From IMG/VR virus record IMGVR_UViG_3300045988_165047: a DNA stretch of 64,000 bases; one strand, 5' to 3'. Position numbers and translations under genes: made by a program. Source of the stretch: a virus. The notes beneath the pieces are model-generated. The model was given only the letters and a program-made list of their open reading frames with translations, made no database searches and was not told where the DNA came from. Every line of letters starts with the position of its first letter. The first letter of the stretch is position 1. Positions 50,786-57,909 of this stretch are shown here, piece after piece.

Positions 50786-51092
50786 ATTTGTTTATCTCTT
50801 CGTTAAAGACCCGAGTTATCTCTACAAGAAGCTCGGGGTCTGGTTTTGTATGACGGGGTAATCTCGCTATAAGTGGCTTTAACTTTTCAGCAAGAGAAAG
50901 GGGGTAGTAGCGGTAGTTCTCTATCTTAAGAAACGCAGGAGGAATTACTCCATTGCGCTCGTATCTTAGAAGAGTATCTCTGGACTTACCGACAATGTCA
51001 GCTAACCCAGAAATGGTAACTACACTTACTACTACCCCCTTAATCTTTACCTTTCGTTGTTTGCGAGAGTTCCCCTTAGTGGGGGTCTTCAT
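50778..51092 (-). CDS. MerR/excisionase-type HTH DNA-binding protein
   Basis: VTISGLADIVGKSRDTLLRYERNGVIPP is a helix-turn-helix pattern. Confidence 0.55.
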   Translation of the reverse strand: MKTPTKGNSRKQRKVKIKGVVVSVVTISGLADIVGKSRDTLLRYERNGVIPPAFLKIENYRYYPLSLAEKLKPLIARLPRHTKPDPELLVEITRVFNEEINKYA

Positions 51093-51531
51093 CAGAGAAA
51101 CGTTGTTTTACGTCTACGGAGAAAGCATTGCTAACCTTCTCCTCATATAAGCGTTGGACCACCTCATCGGGGAGTTCCCCTCGTAGTATCATTTCTGAAA
51201 GGATGTCGTCTCGTACCACCTCAACAGATTCAATGCAGTCCTTAAGACCCATTTCCTTAAGAATGTCTAAGGCTTCTGGGCGGAGAATAGCAGTGGACCT
51301 GCGAGTACGTTTAAGATGAACGTCCTTATCAGCGTAAGGAACTACTACGAGTTTGTGTCCTTGTGGGGTGTCCATTCCCTCAGCGTCAAGGTACGCTTCT
51401 AAAGGCTTTCGTGTTTCCTTAAGGGACTTTTCAATCTCGGAGATTTGTTGCTTCCCTTGGTAGTACTGAAAACCCTTTAGGGCGATTTCCTCGGCATTCT
51501 GAGGGAACTCGGAAGCCTTCTTCTTAGGCAT
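51076..51531 (-). CDS. Hypothetical protein
   Basis: 151 aa, tiled. Confidence 0.6.
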   Translation of the reverse strand: MPKKKASEFPQNAEEIALKGFQYYQGKQQISEIEKSLKETRKPLEAYLDAEGMDTPQGHKLVVVPYADKDVHLKRTRRSTAILRPEALDILKEMGLKDCIESVEVVRDDILSEMILRGELPDEVVQRLYEEKVSNAFSVDVKQRFSDEDPH

Positions 51532-51808
51532 TGAGTTCTTCCTTTACGCTGGCAGACTCCTTGAAGGAGAGAGCCACAGATGCAGGAATTTCAATAGCCT
51601 GCTTAGTAAGAGGGTTGAACCCCTTACGTGCGGTACGCTGGCGTGGTGCGAACTTACCGAGCTGGGGGATGGACACGCTTTCCCCTTCCTTAGCGGCTGT
51701 GAGGATAGCAGAGGAGAACCCCTTGAGTACTTCCTTTACGACATTCTGTGATTGACCGCTTCTCTCAGCGATGAGACGGACAAAGTCCGCATAAGACATC
51801 TTATTCAT
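51524..51808 (-). CDS. HU/IHF-family DNA-binding protein
   Basis: GKFAPRQRTARKGFNPLTKQAIEIPASVALSFKES matches the HU beta-arm signature (R-x-G-R-N-P-x-T). Confidence 0.9.
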   Translation of the reverse strand: MNKMSYADFVRLIAERSGQSQNVVKEVLKGFSSAILTAAKEGESVSIPQLGKFAPRQRTARKGFNPLTKQAIEIPASVALSFKESASVKEELNA

Positions 51809-51833
51809 AACGTTATATAGTTTTTATTAGTAA

Positions 51834-51870
51834 GGGGGAACACCTCAACACGTGGTCTAAATGTTCCCCC
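51834..51870 (-). terminator. 9-bp GC stem-loop after the acidic-protein gene
   Basis: gggggaaca-N19-tgttccccc. Confidence 0.4.
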
Positions 51871-51884
51871 ACACCGACAATCGG

Positions 51885-52811
51885 TTACTTGATTACCTTT
51901 ACTGCCTGTTCAGCGTCAAGGGCTTCTTCGGTGCCATCATCGTAGGTGATAACTACCTTGCCCTTCTTGGTGGACTTGACAACGCCCTTGAACCAACCTT
52001 CGGGGTCCTCCCACTGAACGGCAACCTTGTCACCCTTCTGGAGGTCTTCGTGGTCTACCTTCTTACCCTTGGGTTCGGAGGTGTCCTCGTCGTCATCATC
52101 GTCTTCGTCATCGTCCTCTTCGTCATCAGACAGCTCACCCCCGTTAAGGAGCGTAGAGAACTTTTCTGCGTAGTCATCGAAGTCGCCTTCTTCGTCATCC
52201 TCAAACGTGGTGAGGAGTTCGGAGACAGCGTCCTCGTCAGCGTCCTTGTTGAGAGCAAGGATAGCCTTCAGTGCCTTCTTGGAGGAGAGCTTTCCTTCGT
52301 CAAGTTTTTCAAGGATGCTCTTTACCTCGTCAGAGTAGTCGGTTTCGTCACCTTCTTCGTCCTCGTCACCTTCTTCATCGTCCCCACCTTCCTGAGCTTC
52401 AAGGATAAGGTTACGGAGCTTCTTGTTGGTGTTCTTGCCGTCCGTAGCGTCTGGGTCAATGCCCATCTTCTTACAGAGAGCGAGGAGGTCCTTGGTGCTC
52501 ATTTCACTGAGTTCTTCCTCAGTGTAGAGACCGCCCTCTTCTTCGTTGTCGTCATCGTCGTCCTCGTCAGCAGGTTCCTGCTTCTTTGCCTTCTTAGAAG
52601 GTGCAGGTTCTGGAGCAGGTTCGGACTTCTTCTCCTTCTTAGGTGAGGGAGCTGTTTCCGTAGGAGTTTCACCCGAGACACCGATACCGAAGTCTGCGAT
52701 GTTGATTACGGGGAGGAAGACCTTACCATCGTGGTTGATGGCTTCTACTTCTACTCCTGCGAAGAACTGAGCGATGAGCTGAGTTGTTGGTTTAATCTTT
52801 CCGATTGTCAT
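51885..52811 (-). CDS. Extremely acidic protein with an HeH/Rho_N-like motif and a C-terminal Tudor/SH3-like module
   Basis: 308 aa with D/E runs (DEDDDDDNEEE, DDEEDDDEDDDDDED). Contains LSEMSTKDLLALCKKMGI. C-terminus: GDKVAVQWEDPEGWFKGVVKSTKKGKVVITYDDG. Confidence 0.75.
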   Translation of the reverse strand: MTIGKIKPTTQLIAQFFAGVEVEAINHDGKVFLPVINIADFGIGVSGETPTETAPSPKKEKKSEPAPEPAPSKKAKKQEPADEDDDDDNEEEGGLYTEEELSEMSTKDLLALCKKMGIDPDATDGKNTNKKLRNLILEAQEGGDDEEGDEDEEGDETDYSDEVKSILEKLDEGKLSSKKALKAILALNKDADEDAVSELLTTFEDDEEGDFDDYAEKFSTLLNGGELSDDEEDDDEDDDDDEDTSEPKGKKVDHEDLQKGDKVAVQWEDPEGWFKGVVKSTKKGKVVITYDDGTEEALDAEQAVKVIK

Positions 52812-52879
52812 AGCGATTTACTATTAGTAGTTAATATGATTTGATTTGTACTTACTATGTTCGTTTGTAAGTTCAAGGG

Positions 52880-52911
52880 TAAATATAATAGGAGTTAATT
52901 AAACTTCCAAA
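52880..52911 (-). promoter_or_regulatory. Promoter-like GATTTGGAAGTTTAATTAACT-N-TATATTTA
   Basis: TTTG (52908-52911) and the -7 box (52880-52887) are separated by 20 nt. The extended -33 region is 21/21 identical to 54.07 kb. Confidence 0.6.
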
Positions 52912-52929
52912 TCGTTCTGTTAGAGCCGT

Positions 52930-53160
52930 TTACTTTTCGTTTTTGGTTACAACGATATGATTAGGCCCGTAGGTAGTAAAGAGTTTAGTACCTGGAGTGA
53001 TTTCGGTAGTTTCAAACCCCTCGGGTGCACCCTCGTTAAGGAGACGAATTACTCGCTCATACTCGGGGGAGTCCACTTTGATGATAGTACCCTTTGGTGA
53101 AACGTAGACCTCTTTGAGTTGTTCGGGGCTACTTTCGTGTGTTAGCTTAACTAGCGTCAT
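52930..53160 (-). CDS. Hypothetical small protein
   Basis: 76 aa. Confidence 0.5.
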   Translation of the reverse strand: MTLVKLTHESSPEQLKEVYVSPKGTIIKVDSPEYERVIRLLNEGAPEGFETTEITPGTKLFTTYGPNHIVVTKNEK

Positions 53161-53782
53161 ATTTATTGAAGCATTTTATACCCGTGTATGCAAGCACCGC
53201 CCAAAACTTTCGGGTGGCTATGTACTCGGTGTTATTCTGATGAGAGTTTGCCTCCAGCTCAAAGCAGGTAAGTTTGCGTACCTCATTGAAAGTTACCTTC
53301 GGCAGTAGTTTGTCCTTGTAGGGACTACGCATTGCTCTGATGAACACCCTAAGCATATCCAGCCCGTAGAGGAGCGTAGGGATAAAGGGTATCATAAGGA
53401 GGTAGGGGAGGGGGTTAAACTCACCCGTCAGCTCAAGGATAAGGCAGAGCACCAAGAGAGGTAAGCTGATGGTGAGGTGAATATCCCGTTGCTGTCTGAT
53501 GTGGATGCGCTCGTGATTGAGCATTGGAATTACCCCCTTGCTTGGTAGTGTCGCCTTCACGAAGAAGAACGGATAAAACGCCCAAGCGTTATACCACAGC
53601 CGTTTTAAGGTCACGGGGAACCCATTTCGGAAACACCCATTAACGATGTTCACAAAGGAGGACAGCTGTGCAACACGCTTGTATCGGTACTCATTACCGA
53701 GGTTGTCTGCGTAGAGTTGTTCCTTCCACTTCGTTTCCCCCTTTCGTAGGAGGTATCTTCTTTCTCGTCTACTTTCGCTCAT
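53147..53782 (-). CDS. Membrane protein with an HExxH motif (putative metallopeptidase)
   Basis: Trimmed to MSESRRE. Contains MLNHERIHIRQQ followed by hydrophobic helices. Confidence 0.4.
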   Translation of the reverse strand: MSESRRERRYLLRKGETKWKEQLYADNLGNEYRYKRVAQLSSFVNIVNGCFRNGFPVTLKRLWYNAWAFYPFFFVKATLPSKGVIPMLNHERIHIRQQRDIHLTISLPLLVLCLILELTGEFNPLPYLLMIPFIPTLLYGLDMLRVFIRAMRSPYKDKLLPKVTFNEVRKLTCFELEANSHQNNTEYIATRKFWAVLAYTGIKCFNKYDAS

Positions 53783-53987
53783 AGTCTGTAAGTATTCTCC
53801 ACAGGGCTTGATAGTGTCCCCACAAAACGATTGAGGTATATAAGCTCCCAAGCAGGAGCAGGAGATACCACATATTGTCCGTATAGCGTGCAACGCACAA
53901 GGGGATAGCCCAAATGATTATGAATTGAATTGCCTTCACGATTTCCATTACCACGGATATGAGGGCTATATAGTTTCGCACTTGCAT
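53769..53987 (-). CDS. Small membrane protein
   Basis: Trimmed from the GTG at 54014 to the ATG (MQVRNYIALISVV). Two hydrophobic helices. Confidence 0.5.
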   Translation of the reverse strand: MQVRNYIALISVVMEIVKAIQFIIIWAIPLCVARYTDNMWYLLLLLGSLYTSIVLWGHYQALWRILTDYERK

Positions 53988-53994
53988 AAAGTTC

Positions 53995-54028
53995 GTTTGT
54001 TTCAATTCACGCACCCTAGGAAGGGGCG
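53995..54028 (-). promoter_or_regulatory. Second copy of the conserved 18-mer plus stem-loop leader element
   Basis: gtttgtttcaattcacgc (53995-54012) is identical to 28072-28089. An imperfect stem lies at 54010-54028. Confidence 0.5.
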
Positions 54029-54057
54029 ACTAAGTTCGTTTATGATTGGAACGGGAG

Positions 54058-54089
54058 TAAATATGGGGATAGTTAATTAAACTTCCAAA
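54058..54089 (-). promoter_or_regulatory. Promoter-like GATTTGGAAGTTTAATTAACT-N-CATATTTA
   Basis: TTTG at 54086-54089 abuts the helicase stop codon (54090-54092). 20-nt spacer. Confidence 0.6.
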
Positions 54090-55643
54090 TCACATTTCCT
54101 CCAAAGCGTCTGCCAAGGATAAAACCCCCTTAAAGTCCCCATTGATTTTTAGGAACTTCTTAGCATTGGTAAATACCGCCTGCGTAATAGGGAAGTTATC
54201 CAAGAGGTAAAACGCCTTCGGTTGCTTCTTCGTGGGGTGCAGGCGAGCGATACGCCCGATAGCCTGCTCGGTATCCTTCATAGGAAGGTGGATAATCAGC
54301 GTATCCAATCGGTCAATGTCAAGACCCTCCTTAGCGAGTTGCGTAACCCCAAGGACCAGCCTACATTCGTTTTGCAGGTAGTAGTCTTCCTCCTCCGTAC
54401 GTTTAGCAGTTTCGGAGACAATGACCATAGGCTTGTACTTATGAAAGTACTTAGCCAGAGTATGTAGGACCTCCTTTCGCTTACTAAGGAACAAGATTGT
54501 TCTCCCCTCTTTTAGAGCTTCCTCAATTAAGCGCACCACCATTTTACGGCGCTTTGAATGTTCGTTGAGGTAGGAGTCTAGCGTTGCGTATGGGCAGTCC
54601 TTGAGTTTGCGAGCCACCGCAAGGAGTTTGTTCCCCTCGGTTTTGGTTATCACACCTGCACCCATATCAGAGGTAATGGCATTGCAGATAGTCTTATTCA
54701 GACTTTCATTCATCGTAGCCGCCATAACCTTCTCCGTAGTGTGGTAGTGAACACCGACCCTATCTAGGTAGCTCTGAAAGGTAGGCGTAATAAGCTCCGA
54801 AGAGCATACAGAGTTTCCACTAATGTTCGTGCGCACAGCATACACGTAGGGAGGAGGGAACACCTGTGGCATCTTAGCAACCTTCCCAAAGTGGTATGCA
54901 AGTATCTTATGCACGTTGTCAGTTCTTCGGAAAGTAGCAGTAAGAGCAATACGCCAACGGGCAGGTATCTCGTCAAGGATAGGGAGGTACGTCTCTGCGC
55001 CTATACGATGAGCTTCATCAAGGATAACCAACCCGATGTTGTTTACAAGCTCCTCGGGGAGCACCCTACACGTGAAGAGGTCAGTAACGACAATGGTGAA
55101 ATCCGTATCAAGCATCACCTTAGAATCGCTTGACGACAAGATAGCAACAGATGCCGTAGTAGTTTCAGAAATTCTCGTAGCCCATTGCTTAGCGAGGTAA
55201 TAGGTTGGTACTACTACGAGTGCCTGCCTACCAACTTTGTGCGCTTGGTAGATACCAAGGATAGTTTTACCACCACCGCAAGGGGCTTCAATGAGGTACC
55301 CCTCCGAAGAGAGTTCCTCCTTATGCTCGGCAAGATATTTCTTCTGATAGTCACGTAGCGTTATAAGGCATTCATAAGAAGTCTTACGCCCGTCAATGCG
55401 CAAGTCCTTATCAAAGCCCGCTAGTTTGTCAGAATAGTATCTTGGTATTTCATACACACCATCCTTCTCCTTCAAGTAACAGATAGTGGGTTCTACCTTT
55501 CGGTAAAACTTACCCCTCCCAAATCTAAGTATGTTTTGATACTCGGGGTTTGGGAGAGATAAGTCCTTTATGAGTTCACTAAGAGAAATACCTAGTTTGT
55601 CAAGTTCCCTCTTAGTTACTTTTATGTTGCTTCCGATTTCCAT
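54090..55643 (-). CDS. Superfamily 2 DEAD/DEAH-box DNA helicase
   Basis: Motif I EAPCGGGKTILG, motif II LVILDEAHRIG, and a C-terminal helicase domain with QAIGRIARL (motif VI). Confidence 0.85.
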   Translation of the reverse strand: MEIGSNIKVTKRELDKLGISLSELIKDLSLPNPEYQNILRFGRGKFYRKVEPTICYLKEKDGVYEIPRYYSDKLAGFDKDLRIDGRKTSYECLITLRDYQKKYLAEHKEELSSEGYLIEAPCGGGKTILGIYQAHKVGRQALVVVPTYYLAKQWATRISETTTASVAILSSSDSKVMLDTDFTIVVTDLFTCRVLPEELVNNIGLVILDEAHRIGAETYLPILDEIPARWRIALTATFRRTDNVHKILAYHFGKVAKMPQVFPPPYVYAVRTNISGNSVCSSELITPTFQSYLDRVGVHYHTTEKVMAATMNESLNKTICNAITSDMGAGVITKTEGNKLLAVARKLKDCPYATLDSYLNEHSKRRKMVVRLIEEALKEGRTILFLSKRKEVLHTLAKYFHKYKPMVIVSETAKRTEEEDYYLQNECRLVLGVTQLAKEGLDIDRLDTLIIHLPMKDTEQAIGRIARLHPTKKQPKAFYLLDNFPITQAVFTNAKKFLKINGDFKGVLSLADALEEM

Positions 55644-55673
55644 CTTGCAGTTAGTTTAGTTTTTGTTCTCCCT

Positions 55674-55720
55674 CACGCGCACGCGCGCTTTATATATTAT
55701 ATATATATATTATTATAATA
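55674..55720. repeat. Alternating pyrimidine-purine tract followed by a 32-nt A/T-only tract
   Basis: cacgcgcacgcgcgc (55674-55688), then tttatatattatatatatatattattataata (55689-55720). Confidence 0.7.
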
Positions 55721-55739
55721 CTATAAGACTATTCTAAAT

Positions 55740-55758
55740 GAACTATCAAAGATAGTTC
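55740..55758 (-). promoter_or_regulatory. 19-bp perfect palindrome GAACTATC-TTT-GATAGTTC containing a TATCTTTG -7 box
   Basis: Plus-strand gaactatcaaagatagttc, about 100 nt upstream of the helicase ATG. Confidence 0.55.
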
Positions 55759-55902
55759 TTGTGTGCAGTCACTTTAGAAAAACTGACAATTTGATAGTCG
55801 TTTTTGCCCGAGTACTGCTCAGATATTTCAAGGCTAAAGCCTTGAAAATCTTCGACAGTCCTACGGGCGAGGGAGAGAGTTTAATCTTATATACTAATAA
55901 GA

Positions 55903-55934
55903 TTAAGATAATAAAAGCTAACTACAATTCCAAA
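55903..55934 (-). promoter_or_regulatory. Promoter-like GATTTGGAATTGTAGTTAGCT-N-TATCTTAA
   Basis: TTTG at 55931-55934, 20-nt spacer, immediately after the stop at 55946. Confidence 0.5.
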
Positions 55935-55945
55935 TCGTCCTAGAA

Positions 55946-57280
55946 TTAGTAGGGGTCAGTAGCCGCACTAGCTTTTCGGAGAGGGAGAATAAATTGGAAA
56001 CCTGGAAGTAAAATTCTAACATCGGGGTTACCTATGTTCTCCCAAAATTTGGTAAAGCTTACTCCGAGGAAACTCATCTTATATGAAATATCAAAGTCCA
56101 CGAAGAACCCTCCAATGGCATAGTGAGTGGTTGGTAGCCCCTTATGGTCGGTTTCTCTAAAGGGGTTTACAATCCTGATAATTCCATAGGAGAACGTCCC
56201 ATAGATGGTTTCACCCTTAGAAACCCCTGTAATTTCCTTATTTACTTTTACCGGAACTCTTATGTTGTGGAGGGGTACTACCATCTGAGCACTCCAGTCT
56301 AACGACAGACCAATAGAACTAAGAGGAGCATACTCTCTGCTGTTGATACCCTTAAAGAAGTTCCACACCTGTGGGGTTGCATCAGACGTATTAGGCTTGT
56401 ACATTTCATCAAGGAGACCCCCAATAAATGCCCCATTGGTCCAGTTATCATTACCAACATCAGTTGTTTCAGCCATACCCAAAACGTACAGAATATCTGC
56501 ATAGCGTCTTATGTAGTAGTCAAACAATCTTGAAGAGACAGTTATCCCATCAAGAGAGTCAGAGCCACTTGGTACTGCAAAGGTGGTTCCAAGTCTTCTC
56601 CAGTCTTCCTCAATAGCGAGGAGATCCTTAATAGACTTCTTAGTGAACTTGAGGTCTTTCTCAAGTTCACCTTGCTTCTGTTGTATAGGGGAGAACCCTT
56701 CATAGCTTACAGCGTCACTACTGAACGCCCCCTTCCACGCCCCATAGTTGTACACTCTAGGGGCCTTCTTACCCTCAAAGAACACACGGAACAGCGTCAC
56801 CTTATTGGGGTCTTCCTCTGCGGATGCACTGATAGTAACCACGTTGTCAAACACTATGTGCGTAGCCGCAGGTTTAGAGGTCCCGTCCTCAAAGAACGCT
56901 CCAGAGATTTCGCTGGTATTATCTAAGTCCCCATAGTCCACAGAATGCTCCACAAGAGCGCCTTGGACATAGAGGTCTCCCGTGTACTCTGCGGAGTCTA
57001 GAGTGACCTCCAAGGAGGCATCCTTGACATCAAACTCGCTCCCAAAGCAATGGAGTTTACCCCCACTAACGGTAAGGGTAGCTTTTGCGTCTTTAAGCAC
57101 CGCAGAGAGTGTGCAGGTGTGGGGGAACCCCATACGTCTCTCCAAGGAGGACATTTGCTCTTGAAGAGCCTCTATCTGTCTGTTAAGGTCAGCGGTCGTG
57201 AACAGGCTTGGAGCACCCTTAAAGAGCGCACGCTTAATGCGGTTCTTAGGGTGGTAAGTCTTCTTCTTAATTGCGCTCAT
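55946..57280 (-). CDS. Putative tail fibre / distal baseplate protein
   Basis: 444 aa. It follows the gpI-like gene, as the fibre gene does in Mu/P2 modules. Position-based call only. Confidence 0.4.
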   Translation of the reverse strand: MSAIKKKTYHPKNRIKRALFKGAPSLFTTADLNRQIEALQEQMSSLERRMGFPHTCTLSAVLKDAKATLTVSGGKLHCFGSEFDVKDASLEVTLDSAEYTGDLYVQGALVEHSVDYGDLDNTSEISGAFFEDGTSKPAATHIVFDNVVTISASAEEDPNKVTLFRVFFEGKKAPRVYNYGAWKGAFSSDAVSYEGFSPIQQKQGELEKDLKFTKKSIKDLLAIEEDWRRLGTTFAVPSGSDSLDGITVSSRLFDYYIRRYADILYVLGMAETTDVGNDNWTNGAFIGGLLDEMYKPNTSDATPQVWNFFKGINSREYAPLSSIGLSLDWSAQMVVPLHNIRVPVKVNKEITGVSKGETIYGTFSYGIIRIVNPFRETDHKGLPTTHYAIGGFFVDFDISYKMSFLGVSFTKFWENIGNPDVRILLPGFQFILPLRKASAATDPY

Positions 57281-57909
57281 ACGAATCGTCTATTTAGTTT
57301 TCTATGAATGAATTTGTCTGTTGATTTTGTGTAGTTGATTACTACCTCGGTGTCCCCGAATGGAATAAACCCTCTAACCATCCTCTTTATCGTGGGGGCA
57401 TAGTCATCCCAAAAAGGTTCGTCCAAAAGTGGCGTAGCCACCTCAATGACTATCTTAGAGGTGTTGATAAGTTGTTGATTATCAGAGATTAAGAACAACT
57501 CTCTATCCGCTGTGTTATCAAGAACATACCCGTTTGACCTTGAGTCTGGTATCACAATCTTGAGAGGTGCAAAGAACTTAGAGGTGTCTATTTCACTTTT
57601 ACCTAGCACAAGAATGCTGAGTAGAATCTCTAGTCCAACAACACTACCACGTGCCGATAGCAACGTCTCTGCGTTAAGGAGGAGCTGTTGTAATGACCAC
57701 AGAGGAGTTATATAAGGTAGGTTAAACCCGAGGTCTCTCAGCATATCTATAAGGCGGTGTTTGTTGGTAAGTACTGCCGCATTATAGCACCTGAGAGACG
57801 CTCCGATAACCTCCTTCTTCCAATCGTATGCGCCCTGCAACACCTGGATAAACTTCCAAGTGTTTGGGGACTGCATAGCGGTTTCTGGGATGTGTTTACT
57901 AAATTGCAT
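57277..57909 (-). CDS. Baseplate protein, P2 gpI / Mu gp48-like
   Basis: 210 aa, directly after the gpJ-like gene. Contains an LLSARGSVVGLEILL segment. Confidence 0.5.
   Translation of the reverse strand: MQFSKHIPETAMQSPNTWKFIQVLQGAYDWKKEVIGASLRCYNAAVLTNKHRLIDMLRDLGFNLPYITPLWSLQQLLLNAETLLSARGSVVGLEILLSILVLGKSEIDTSKFFAPLKIVIPDSRSNGYVLDNTADRELFLISDNQQLINTSKIVIEVATPLLDEPFWDDYAPTIKRMVRGFIPFGDTEVVINYTKSTDKFIHRKLNRRFV

Noticed and set aside
51861-52646. 261-aa plus-strand ORF, the longest plus-strand ORF in the track.
   Set aside because: It lies exactly antisense to the polyacidic gene 51885..52811. Its translation is a low-complexity L/V/F-rich mirror of the GAx/GAC codon runs. No promoter-like element or independent motif supports it. 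The same reasoning applies to the other long plus-strand ORFs (46811..47425, 13855..14427, 22471..23103, 25831..26409, 60534..61049).
55761-55943. 60-aa plus-strand ORF in the 55.6-55.9 kb intergenic region.
   Set aside because: It uses a non-ATG start, spans the hairpins and promoter-like elements of the minus strand, has no recognisable motif, and would be the only plus-strand gene in 64 kb.
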